In this document: positions 10,288 through 22,086 of the stretch, in pieces
Numbering within the stretch: position 1 is the first letter of the stretch
Layout: each line of letters starts with the position of its first letter
The notes under the pieces: generated by a model
Databases searched by the model: none
Seen by the model: only the letters and a program-made list of their open reading frames with translations
Told to the model about the DNA's origin: nothing
Assembly (NCBI RefSeq): GCF_006345805.1
Contig: NC_042999.1
Location: 19,716,001 to 19,780,000 of the forward strand
Direction of reading: 5' to 3'
Origin: Octopus sinensis
Lineage: Eukaryota
DNA: 64,000 bases
Program-made: the position numbers and the translations under genes

Positions 10288-11629
10288 GTGTTGTCTAATA
10301 TGGAATTAGACTTAAGTTCAAAAAAAGACTTTCCCGAAATGGGAGAAAGTATAACAACTGTTAAACAAAAGGAAACACAGACAAAACCCAGTTTTTCAGA
10401 CGCCGTAGGTGGCGAAGTCGAAGAAATGGAGGTATCAATGGAAAGATTATTCAAGTTTAGATCGCTGGTGCAAAAAAGTGGCGAAGAAACACGATTGGTA
10501 CCGCCCCCCGAAACTATACAAGCAATAAAGGAAAAAATGGTCACCTACAGGGTGTACAATATCAAGGAAAAACGAATGACCGACGTGAAAAACGAAATGG
10601 TCGAAAAGTGTATGGCTCCAATATGGAGTAAAGTTAGTCATGTCAACCGAGGTGCAAGAAGCGCTACAGTGGAGGCGCATTTTGAAACGGCGGAAGTAGC
10701 AAGGCAAATTTCGACACAAACGTTGAAAAACGAGAGTATAATACTGCTACCCTTATATTTAGGATGCAGAACCGCAAAAGTGACCCTAGAAGATATACCA
10801 ACGGGCTACGACGTGATGTGGGCGGCAACAGCGGTCATTTTTGATGTTGAATCAAAATTGACAATTTTAAGTATGAAGAGAAAAATTGCAAAACACTGGA
10901 GAGGCCAGCAGCTGGAGATGATAATCCAGGCGGAAAATGCGACGTTGGAAAGCCTACCAGACAGAGTCTTCGTGGGGGAGGGGCACTCCATACGAGTTTC
11001 GGTGGAAGGACGCAGGCCCAGATGTTTTAAGTGCGGGCAAAGGGCCACGTTCGCTCCGTTTGCACAAAAAAAATAATGCGGGCAACGCCCCCCCACAAAA
11101 CGCTGTGAAGAACGCAGAAAGCAGCAAAGTGGAGAAAAAAGTAACGGCTGGCGAAAACAAGGAGGAAAAATAAACAGGTCGAACTCCAAAAAGGAGGAAG
11201 ACAAGAACGAAATGCAAAATGAGAAAGGAAAGGATGAGGAAAATAATGCAACAAAAACAAATAAACAAGAAGACATGGAATTTACGAACGTGTCCAACAA
11301 AAGGAAAAAATCCATCACCCCTGACTCCCCACCCGTATCAAAAAAAAAAAAACAACGCAGACGAACAAATTAAAAATATTCTCCAATCCCACCCCGGCGG
11401 TACTACACTTATAGGCCAGCACTTTAACAAACCCCACCCCCCAACTGTAAAAGGGTTTAAACCCAACGAAAAAATTATTGCATACACCACAAAGAACGTG
11501 AGAGTAGAAACATGGGTGAAAGCAAGTACGCTGATCAGGTGCTACAAAGCGACCGAGAAGGAAGCGGAGTGGGGGGGAGACAGGCAGAAAGAATCTGTCA
11601 GGCTCCCTCTCGCAACCGTGAGTAAATAA
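10288..11629 (+). pseudogene. ORF1 (gag-like, CCHC zinc knuckle), frameshifted
   Basis: Restoring one G near 11043 gives CFKCGQRGHVRSVC (CX2CX4HX4C), followed by a Lys/Glu-rich region; further shifts at A-runs; stop at 11627-11629. Confidence 0.85.
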
Positions 11630-11644
11630 TTTTCTTTTTTCTCG

Positions 11645-14600
11645 ATGATTAAGTTAGGTTGTATAAATGTGCGTGAATGGGATCGAAATGGAAACAGGCT
11701 TGTTTTCGTGACGACCTCATTTCACATAGAATCGAAGTAGCTATTGTTACCGAGTCCAAGATGAAGGGACCCCAAGCGTTTTCACCACTTCTCAATGGTT
11801 ACGAGAAATTTATTTCTCCTAGCCGAGGGGGAGGTGCAGGCGTGGCAGTTCTTTTCAGGAAGAACTTGGACTTACAGGTAAGTACTGTCTTTTTGGACCC
11901 AGAAGGTAGGCTGGTTGTCCTAGATGTGACGCACGTGAGTAAGCAGTCCTTCAGGTTGGTGGCTGTCTACGCTCCTAACGGACGTGGGCAGACCGGTTTT
12001 TATCGGGAACTGGAGCACTTTCTAGTGACGTCCAAAACGGTAGTCTTGGTAGGGGATTTCAACACCATTCTCGATGCGCGGGTGGATGGTGTAGGCTCGA
12101 GCGATAGGAAGGGGAATCCTGGCCTCAAGGCTCTACTAGCGAGCTTTAATCTAGTAGACCGTTTTCGACTGGATGAGCCGAACGTTCCACAGTGGACGTG
12201 GAGTAATAACGACGGCTCACTCAGATCGTACATAGATAGAGTATTTGTTAAGGAACGAGATAGGAATAGTGTTAGCTGTCAACAATTCTCTGTTGTGCCT
12301 TACACGGATCACAAACTTGTAACGTGTGAGGTACATGTAGATAAATGCCATAGACAAGGTGCCGGGTACTGGAAGATGAACAAGTCTATTTTGACCTGTG
12401 AAGCTTTCCGTACCCAGATTAAGGAATTAGTACAGAGGGCATTATGTGGCACCATCATTAATAATAGATGGTGGCTCGCCCTCAAAAGAGCCATCCGTTT
12501 GGAGTCCATTAGATTTAGCAAGCAGCTAAGTTTAGATAGGACTAGAATAGAGGGCGAATTAGTTAAGAACTTAGACGAGGATATGGAATCTGGCTGTGCA
12601 TCCGGAGTGTTGGCAGCGAGAGCGGTATTGTACCGTCACCTCAACGCCAAGCACGAGGGGTGTAGAGTCAGAGCTAAGTTACGTGCAGGAAAACGAGAAG
12701 GTATTAACGTTGCCGGATGGGCCCGTCGTGAGGAGAGTCAGAAGGGCAAAAAGTCCTGTATTATGTCCTTATCTGACGAGCAGGACCGCAAGATCTATGG
12801 ACAGGAGGAGATGCAGAAGGTACTTCACCAGCATTTCACACGGCTGTTTGGGGGCGGTGGCCCGCTCGAGCGTGGGGAGACCTTAAAGGACTTCCTAGCT
12901 GGTGGGCCTCGGCTCTCGGCGGGTGAGGCGGAGTGCTGTGAAGGATCGATCTCTCCCGCAGAGGTAAGAGGGGTTATGGCCGAGTGCGCCGGGGAAAAGT
13001 CACCGGGATTGGATGGTCTACCCTATTAATTTTATTGTTGTATGCCGGACTTGTTCGGGGGCATACTGGCAAGCGTCTATGCAAACTGGCAACAGAATGG
13101 GAGGATTCCCAGCTCTGTGAGTCGGGGAGTTGTGACGCTGGTCCAGAAAGACCCGAGCAAGGGGGACAGTATTAGTAATTACAGGCCCATAACTCTACTT
13201 AATGTAGAGTTTAAGATTTTGGCCAAGGTGTTAGCAAAAAGGTTGACGGCTGTCGTGAAGAAACTTGTCGGGAAGGCACAGACATGTGCAATCCCAGGCA
13301 GGTCGATCCAGGATAATCTTCACCTTCTCCGCTACACTATAGATAGGGTCGGGAAATTAGACGGCAAAGGAGGGGCATTGGTCCATTTAGACCAAAGTAA
13401 AGCGTTTGATAGGGTGGACCATCGGTACTTGGCGGCGGTTCTCGAAGCGGCTGGGCTGGGCCCTGGCTTCTGCGGGTGGATCTCAGCTATGTACAGCGGC
13501 ATCAAGTCCACAGTCCAGATAAACGGTTACCTAACGGAGCCGTTTTCGATCAAGCGTTCAGTTCGTCAAGGGTGCCCCTTGTCCCCGCTCCTGTATGTTT
13601 TGGCTCTTGAGCCATTGCTGCGGAAGCTGGAGAAGTTGGGAGGCAACCCTAATGAAATCGGATGCGGTAAGTCTGTTTCTGCCTATGCGGATGACGTCAC
13701 CCTCATCGTGTCCAACGGAACACAGCTACCTCGGGTAGTAGGTGCTCTCCATAGATACGAAGCGGTAGCAGGGGCAAAAGTTAACAGGGACAAGTCCATC
13801 GGTTTGCGCCTCGGCACCTGGAGGAACAAGCAGATACCGTCCAGTGTTGTTGGACACTGGACGGATGGTCCTGTTAAATTGCTCGGAGTCTGGTTTGGTC
13901 CAGACTCCCAGACGGAGAAGAATTGGAGCGAGGTAACGAGCAAGGTGGATGCCATAGTACGGAAGTGGTCCGGAAGGCATCTTTCCTTGAAAGGGAGGGC
14001 GGAGGTGGCACAGATGTTTATAGCCTCTGTCGTCACCTACCGCCTGACCGTCGTGCCTTGCCCCGATTCGTGGTTAAACAAGTTGGAACGACTTCTTTTC
14101 CGCTTTTTGTGGAAAGGAGGAAAGCCACTTGTGAGACGCTCCGTGTGTTGCCAGGAACCGCTAAAGGGTGGACTGGGGATGCCTTGGCTAATGATGCGCA
14201 AGCATGCGTTGAGGCTGAGACACCTCTGGTGTTACCTGGAGGATGATAAGGTGTGGAGTTCGCTGGCAGAGGAATTCTTCCCGCGACCGGCCTCTATGGA
14301 GGGATTTACACCCGGTCTCATTAAAGGACGTAAACTGACTTCATGGCAGAAGGAGTGCCGACAGGCACTCTGGCTGATCCACAAGATGGGTAAGGCCGGC
14401 AGCGGGAATACCACCTCGGTGTTCTATAAAGGGCTGGTAGGAGGAAAAAATGACGACGTCCTAGGAAGGGCTCTGGGGTTCGATGAGGATCAACTCTCCA
14501 ACCTGTTTAAGAAGACTTTCAGGCCGGGGTATTTGGATAATTACCAAAAATCCCTGACCTGGCAGTGCTATAGGAATGCATTACCTGTTCGCGAGAAGTT

Positions 14601-15033
14601 ATCCAGGCACGGAATGTCAGTGCCACCGACGTGTCCAAGATGTGGGTTGGACGATGAAACCGTTCAACACGCTTTTGTACAATGTCGGGAGCTGTCAGGC
14701 TTGATAAGTTACGTTGAACACGTGTTGTCGCATCTGGGACGAGTACAGCTGTCGGCTGCATCTATGATTAAGATGATACCGCCAACTGGACTCTCAAAGG
14801 AAGGTAAGGCTTGTTTTTACTGTACGGTGGCAGTATTGAAAGAGTGTGTATGGAGAACTAGAGTGGAAGGTCTAGTGAAAGGGTCCTTTAACTCTGGCCC
14901 CGGTTTGTTAAAATACTTCGGATATCATCTGAAGAGCAAGATGGGGTTGGAGAAGAGGAGCCTGCCACAGAAAGAGTATATGGAACGTTGGAAGGATGTG
15001 ATGAGAAAGGTGGGTGAGAGTAACCCAGCTTAA
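11645..15033 (+). pseudogene. ORF2: APE endonuclease, reverse transcriptase and C-terminal zinc finger; one frameshift and one nonsense codon
   Basis: MIKLGCINVR(G)MGSKW start with one base missing near 11675; TESK, VYAP, GDFN, SYIDR, YTDH APE motifs; PGLDGLPY-TAA(13027)-FY; YRPITLLN, DQSKAFDRV, QGCPLSPLLY, YADD; CPRC...ETVQHAFVQC. Confidence 0.95.
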
Positions 15034-15388
15034 TCATCGAGGAAAGGAAAAATCAGCTGCTGGGATTTATAGGCTGCCGGGTTCAAAATTGAAACTGGTA
15101 CCTCCCATTACCTTTCACTGTACATAACTGTTTAAAATAAAGAATTAATAATAAAAAAAAAGAAATCAAAAGAAAACATACGCACTAAAAGTTCTCGTGA
15201 CAAAGGCAAAAGTAAGCCAAGGTTTCGTTTCAAGGCAAAGTAAGCCAAGTTTTCGTTCAAGTGACATAAAATTTTAATTTTGTAATTTTTAAAATTTCAT
15301 TCGAACTCGCATAGCATTTTTGTAATTGTTTTGTCCTGTAATGTATCCATTCTATGTTAGATCTATTGATCATAATAAAGAAAATTTT

Positions 15389-15578
15389 ATCGCTTCTCGG
15401 CCTTTTGGCTAAGATCAAAGTGTAGTATCTGTTCTTATCAGCTTAATATCTGATACGGTCCCTATTTGGGGCCATCGATATTAAACTGATTTTTAGAACG
15501 AGGCAAAGTGTTAGGGGCTTGCTCCATCTTTGCCACGGGTTGTCCTGGTATCGCAGTGCTTCCAGGATTCAACCCACT
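15389..15578 (+). pseudogene. RNU2: U2 snRNA copy c: complete sequence but cut off from its promoter
   Basis: Full U2 directly after the element's 3' end; carries private substitutions including loop IV ATTGCAG>ATCGCAG; normal 3' flank follows. Confidence 0.92.
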
Positions 15579-17166
15579 CCCACCCGGGAGATACAAATTA
15601 AAAATAAAAACAGATATGTTGTTACAGCCCCCTTTTTTTCTTTCATCATCTCAGCGGGTTTTCCGTTAGTTGTCGTTGCTAAAGACCTTCCTCGCCGTCA
15701 GCAAGCGGTTCGCGTTCGATCCCGACTCAACCCCATAGGTTTTGTCTTCTTTGCTGCCTCGATTCAAATCCCGTCATCGCTATTACACCACCCCTACCAG
15801 GTTCAGCGGATTTTGAGAGGAACCTTTTCTTTCTAAGCAGTCGATTCAAATCTCCACTACTTTAAGTATACTTTTCTTTCTATATCCTTCAAACCAGGGC
15901 GGAATCTATTCTCTCTCATGTTTCAGTCATTCAACTGCGGCCATGTTGGGGCACAGCCACGAACATTTAGACGAATGAATCGACACCAGCACTTATTTTT
16001 TTAAGCCTAGTACGTAAACTATCGTGTATAGCTGATGATACTAGCCCAAGTTGCTACGCAAAGAACTGATCTCGGACCCATGTTTTTGAGAAGCAAGATC
16101 CTTACTAAACGGTCATTTCTACCCATTTTTTTAAATTTTAAAGCTGCTCCTCAAAATAGATCTTATGTAACACATCTGCTTCTAAAGTTTTATACCTAAG
16201 AATTCTAGGAAGTTTAACGTGAATCCTTTTGTGCCGTACACCAATAACCACTCCGTTATGTCCCCCCTCCCTCCCTCACCTTTTCCTTAATACCCTAAGC
16301 TCGGGCTTATTTTGTTTAATGTGTAGCGTACCCTTAGTGAAATCCTTTCTCTCTCTCTCTCTCTCTGACATATATAACATAAATACGGCCGATAACAGCT
16401 AACCTTCGGCCGCTTGGGCCTGTTGTGTCAACTACACCGATTGGTTGGGATTGGCGCAGTTTGTCTCTTGCTCAATTACGCCCGAATACGCAACCCAACC
16501 AATCACAATCTTCAGATAAGATCCCGTGACACAGTCGTCTAAATTCTTTGCTTGAGCCTACAATTTGCTATAATACACAGTGATTCATCGAATCGAGCTT
16601 CTTTGGTTCTAGTCCTTCTAAGGACTAACCCCTGACCTCAGAGCACCCACTGACAGACAGCCAGTTCCAGCGATTCAGCCAGTTCCAGCGACAGACAACA
16701 CCACTAGCAGAATTTCCGGACCTTCAACTATGTCGCCTTCATCTTAACGACGCCAACAGCAACTTCGCCTTGATTTAACTTCCCACTGTTTGTCAATACT
16801 TCACCATGGTTAACAGTAAGCGCAACCGGCGAGTACCTTCTGTACCAAGTGACCCGGCACGGCATAGCATCCACAACCGCTTACACGACATGTGTTCAAC
16901 AGGCTCTGTCTTGTGCCCTCAGCTCCTTAGTTACAGGATTTCTACAGTTGTGTACTTCACTAGGAACTGGTATTTATCTTCAACTTGAGTCTGAACATTC
17001 AACCACCGTCCTATTGTAAAGACTTTCTACGCTCTGTATTTTATTACACACGCATACACCCTTGTTTGTACGACTTAAAAGGTATCGCAATCAAAACAAA
17101 ACATTCGACATTAACGAAGATGTGAGTCGCTTAAATATTTGTTATTGGTCTATATATATGTGATTT

Positions 17167-17450
17167 GAGGGCGCAATGGCCCAGTTGTTAGGGCTGCGGA
17201 CTCGCGGTTGTAGGATCGTAGGTTCGATTCTCAGACCTGGCGTTGTGAGTGTTTATTGAGCGAAAACACCAAAATATCCACGAGCCTCCGGCTGTACTCT
17301 TTCGCCACAACTTTCTCTCTCTCTCTCTTTTGTTGGCCTGCTCGTTTAGCCGGCGGTGTGGCGTCATTTGAAAGCTAAAAGAATGCAAAGCGCAATGTGA
17401 CCAGCGATGAAGAGCAACATCTGATAGCCTGGTCGGTCACGGTGATCACA
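17167..17450 (+). mobile_element. tRNA-derived SINE in U2 spacer
   Basis: Same position as the other spacer copies, bounded by atatatg(tg)attt-like duplicated sequence. Confidence 0.85.
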
Positions 17451-17864
17451 GTGATATATGATTTGAAAATTTGAAAATATGATGCACCGGTCGATGATTG
17501 AATGCTCTGGTCAGAGGTCTGTCAGGTTCATGCTCCGTGACCTGCTACCCAGCAGTCAGTCACTGGCAATCACTGCTGATAAATGATTAGTCGCGCCCTC
17601 TATCTTGGTGACGTCACTTGACATAGAGGTTTACTCTGTATAATGATAAGAATGTATGTTAACATTCAACATACAATATCTATATATACCTTACAAATAA
17701 TTGATTTAAAGATATTAAAAATATTTTAAACTAAGAAATGTAAGGATTGAATGTGTTTACAATATAGCAGGTAATTAAGTGTGATTGGAATAAACAATTT
17801 ACACATCAGTGGGTGTAACATTAACTTGTGTAAAGATAGTCTGTGGTAAAACGGATAATATTTT

Positions 17865-18054
17865 ATCGCTTCTCGGCCTTTTGGCTAAGATCAAAGTGTA
17901 GTATCTGTTCTTATCAGCTTAATATCTGATACGGTCCCTATTTGGGGCCATCGATATTAAACTGATTTTTAGAAGGAGGTGAAGTGTTAGGGGCTTGCTC
18001 CGCCTTTGCCATGGGTTGTCCTGGTATTGCAGTGCTTCCAGGATTCAGCCCATC
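17865..18054 (+). ncRNA. RNU2: U2 spliceosomal snRNA (copy d, apparently intact)
   Basis: Complete U2 sequence with upstream module (TGACGTCA at 17609-17616) and conserved 3' flank. Confidence 0.96.
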
Positions 18055-18663
18055 TCCCACCTGGGAGATACAAATAACAAATAATGTCAGATATATTCTT
18101 ACAGGCCCCTTCTTTCTTTCATCATCTCAGCGGGTTTTCCGTTAGTTATCGTTGCGGAAGGCCATCCTCGCCGTCAGCAAGCGGTTCCCGTTCGATCCCG
18201 ACTGAACCTTCGTCCACTTCCAATTTCGTACGCATTGCTTTCTCATTTGAAATCCTGTCATCGCTTTCACACCACCCCCTATCTGGTTCAGTGCCTTTAG
18301 AGGAAACCCTTTTTTTCTTGCAAGAGGTCGGTTCAAGTCCCCACTTTAAGTATACTTTTCTCTTTATATCCTTCACACCAGTCTCAGGTGCCCAGCAAAG
18401 TTACGGTGAAACTGCATTTCCACTCCACTACAACAAAGGCCAGACTGATACCTATACAGCCCCTAATCTCTTCAAAAAGATTTTGGTGCCGCCAGATATA
18501 TATAATTCAAAATGTAAACAATAATAAGCGATAAGTAAAATTTTCATTTTGCAAAATCAAATAAAACAAACAGTAAGATGGAAAATAATCCCTTCCACTA
18601 AAGGAAAAAGGCCTTGAAATGTTGGGGGAGGGGGCCAGTCGATCAGATCGACGCCAGTATGCA

Positions 18664-18910
18664 ACTGGTACTAAGTTTGTCGGCGAGCTGGCAGAATTGT
18701 TAGCGCGCGGGATGAAATGCTTAGCATTATTTCGTCTGCCGTTACGTTCTGAGTTCAAATTCCTCCGAGGTCGACTTTGCCTTTCATCCTTTCGGGATCG
18801 ATAAATTAAGTACCAGTTACTCACTGGGGTCGATGTAATCGACTTAATACCTATGTCTGTCCTTGTTTGTTCCCTCTGTGTTTAGCCCCTTGTGGGTAAT
18901 AAAGAAATAG
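18664..18910 (+). mobile_element. Octopus SINE family with head ggcgagctggcagaa
   Basis: gttcaaattcc B-box-like motif and gactttgcctttcatcctttcggggtcgat core; further copies near 27580, 29630, 39040 and 61715-62128 (minus). Confidence 0.8.
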
Positions 18911-19167
18911 TTTATCGACCCCAGAAAAAAGTTTATCGGCCCCAGAACGATGGAAAGAAAAATCGATTCCTGCGGAATTTGAACTCAGAACATGAAGTAT
19001 TGGTACTTTTCTTGAACTTGTGCCTGAACACTCATTTAGCGTCCTATTGCAAACACTTTCTATGCTCTGTATTTTATCACACACGCATACACCCTTGTTT
19101 GTACACACATATTCATTATTGTATGCATGACGGCCTGTCTATTATTGTTCTTATGTACTTATGTCGC

Positions 19168-21109
19168 ACAGGGTCATAGCCCAACTGATTAGGGAGAGAG
19201 TCAACTTGGACGAGATGCAGTTTGGCTTCGTGCCAGGGAAAAGCACCATCGATGCCATATTTCTGGTGAGACAGCTGCAGGACAAATACCTAGCCAAAGT
19301 TACACCTCTGTACCTGGCTTTCGTTGTCATGGAGAAAGCCTTTGACAGGGTCCCCCGATCCCTTATCTGGTGGTCAATGAGGAAACTAGGGATAGATGAA
19401 TGGTTAGTGAGAGCTGTGCGAACCATATACAGGGACGCTGTTAGTAATGTGAGGGTTGGCAACGTGTACAGTGAAGAATCCCGGGTAAAGGTTGGGGTCC
19501 ACCAAGGTTCAGTCCTCAGTCCCTTCCTATTTATCATAATCCTCCAGGCAATAACAGAGGAATTCAAGACAGGATGCCCCTGGGTGCTCCTCTATGCTGA
19601 TGACCTTGCTCTAATTGCTGAGTCACTATCAGAACTGGAGGAGAAGTTTCAGGTGTGGAAGCAAGGATTAGAATCGAAGGGCCTAGCTAAAACCAAAGTC
19701 GTAATAAGTAGGAAGGTAGACAAGTCACAAACGCCTTCAGGTAGATGGCCTTGCTCGATCTGTAGGAAAGATGCACCAAGTGTAAGCTATGGACACATAA
19801 GAGGTGCAGCAACGTCAAGGGAAGGCTAACTAGGAAGATAGTTTTTGTATGTGGTAAATGCTCAGGAGCAATAAACACTGAAAATGCGCAGAGAGCAACT
19901 TCCGCCACATTCCAAGGAGAAAAACTAGAAATAGTTGATAGCTTCCTTTACCTAGGTGACCAAGTCAGTAGCAGGGGCGGGTGTGTTGAAAGTGTAACTG
20001 CTAGAGTAAGAATAGCTTGGGCAAAGTTCAGAGAGCTCTTACCTCTGCTAGAGTAAGAATAGCTTGGGCAAAGTTCAGAGAGATCCTACCTCTGCTAGGG
20101 ACAAAAGACCTCTCGCTCAGAGTAAAAGGCAGACTGTATGATGCATGTGTACGAACAGCCATGCTACATGGCAGTGAAACATGGGCCGTGATTGCTGAGG
20201 ATATGCGTAAGCTCACAAGAAATGAAGCCAGTATGCTCCGATGGATGTGTAATGTCAGTGTTCATACTCGACAGAGTGTAAGTACCTTGAAAGAGAAGTT
20301 GGACCTAAGAAGCATCATTTGCGGTGTGCAAGAGACGTTTGCGCTTGTATGGCCATGTGGCAAGAATAGATGAAGATAGTTGTGTGAAAAAGTGCCACAC
20401 CTTAGCTGTTGAGGGAACCTGTGGAAGAGGCAGACCCAGAAAAACCTGGGATGAGGTGGTGAAGCACAACCTTCGAACTTTAGGTCTCACCGAGGAAATG
20501 ACTAGAGACCGAAACCTTTGGAAGTATGCTGTACGTGAGAAGACCCGGCAGGACAAGTGAGACCATAACCCATGGCTTCAGTCCACTTATACATACCTTT
20601 CCTTCTTCGGACACAAAACTCTACTTGTGAAGACCTGTTGAGGCAAGTGAAAATCAAAAATCAAAATCAAAATCGAAATCGATCAACATCAATGGAATTT
20701 GTAGTTGTGATACCATTGCCGGTGGCACGTAAGAGAACAATCCGATCGTGGCCGTAGCCAGCGCCGACCTGACTGACCCCCGTGCCGGTGGCACGTAAAA
20801 AAACACCATCCGATCGTGGCCGTTGCCAGCCTCGCCTGGCCTCCGTGCCGGTGGCATGTAAAAAGTACCATCCGAACGTGGCCGTTTGCCAGCCTCGTCT
20901 TGCACCTGTGTCGGTGGCACGCAAAAAGCACCCACTACACTCACGGAGTGGTTGGCGTTAGGAAAGGCATCCAGCAGTAGAAACACTGCCAGATCAGACT
21001 GGGCCTGGTGCAGCCTTCTCGCTTCTCAGACCCCAGTTGAACTATCCAACCTATGCCAGCATGGAAAGCGGACGTTAAACGATGATGTTGATGATGATGA
21101 TGATGATGA
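19168..21109 (+). mobile_element. 5'-truncated, degenerate RTE-clade LINE with minisatellite-like 3'UTR and (GAT)n tail
   Basis: QFGFVPGKSTIDAIF, EKAFDRVPR, GVHQGSVLSP, LLYADDL; C-terminal RGRPRKTW; 3' end ggacgttaaacgatgatg; 3' fragments also near 22110, 27120 and 30930 (minus). Confidence 0.92.
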
Positions 21110-22039
21110 TATGCTGTGTATCTGTGTGTCCCCCACAACATCGCTCGACAACTGATACTGGTGTATCAGAGGTTCCGGTAACTTAGCGGTTCATCAAAAG
21201 AGACCAATAGAATAAGTACTAGGCTTACAATGAATAAGTCCTTGGGTCAATTTGATTCGACTAAAGGCGGTGCTCCAGCATGGCTGCAGTCAAATGACTG
21301 AAACAAGTAAAAGAATAAAAGAAAAGAAAATACACACCTATGCTGTTTATATTTAGTGACATACAGTATTTATACCATATATCTACCGACCTACTACTTT
21401 GCAACCCTTTCCTGACTGCCAAATAAAAAGTAACTTACCATAGATAAAGAATTCATAACCGAAAAACAGTGAACTATTAAAGGGGTTACATACTATCATA
21501 AGCCTTCTGGAAAACATGCGTGCATCTACAAACATTAGATATTACAGAATTAATTCCCCCTTCCAGTAATAAACAACTCTTTGAATGGAAAAAATGTTAA
21601 GCAGAAGAAATCTCTGAAATTTGCCAAATCAAGCAAACCACAAAAACTGTATATGTTGTACATGAGTTATTTATTTGATATACAGCAAAATGGGGAGCCT
21701 CCCCTGTTAGTGGAATCTTCCTATTTTTGTTCTTCCTGTTCTCACTTGTTATCTTTCAAGGGAAGGGCTTATGGCTTAATCCTTAAGACAATTCTTTTCC
21801 TATTTCTATGAGCATGAAACTAATAGCTTTATCTTGTATTTTATCTTTTTTTTACTTTTATGTTATTTTAATGGGATTACTCTGCATTTCTGTCTGTCTC
21901 TGTATGTCAAGGTGTGTATATATGTGTGCCTATGCATGTGTATGTGTGTGTATTGCTCTCTGTGTTTGTTTATATCTACACAATCATATACATCCACTAG
22001 CACATACATAGGCACACATGTGCTTTTATTCAAGCATGT

Positions 22040-22086
<47 letters not shown>

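Larger units (their letters stand above)
10020..15380 (+). mobile_element. Near full-length Tx1/L1-group non-LTR retrotransposon inserted at the U2 snRNA 5' end
   Basis: About 270-nt 5'UTR, ORF1, ORF2, about 350-nt 3'UTR with AATAAA at 15374-15379; flanked by TTTATCGCTTCTCG (10006-10019 and 15386-15399), extendable to AAAA(T)TTTATCGCTTCTCG. Confidence 0.93.

Noticed and set aside
10806-11318. 170-aa antisense ORF and other antisense ORFs over the retrotransposon
   Set aside because: Low-complexity mirror of the A-rich ORF1/ORF2; no independent evidence.
10020-15380. Calling the element Keno or Utopia
   Set aside because: Utopia has an RLE rather than an APE domain. Keno is Tx1/APE but inserts around U2 nt 37-38, whereas this junction is at +11/-8. 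Relationship to Keno needs a phylogeny.
15700-15735. GTTCGATCCC B-box/tRNA-like motif in the U2 3' flank
   Set aside because: No A box or cloverleaf at proper spacing, and the motif varies among copies (GTTCAATCCC in copy a).
20716-20930. Regularly spaced GCCGGTGGCACGTAAAA repeats as a CRISPR-like array
   Set aside because: The intervening sequences are homologous to each other; this is a minisatellite in the RTE 3'UTR of a eukaryotic genome.
21439-21525. 87-nt phase 1-1 open segment with AG/GT ends (DARMFSRRL...), plus similar candidates near 26860-26985, 28190-28258 and 29000-29160
   Set aside because: Possible downstream exons of the receptor or another gene, but no recognisable domain and no unique in-frame path; needs RNA data.
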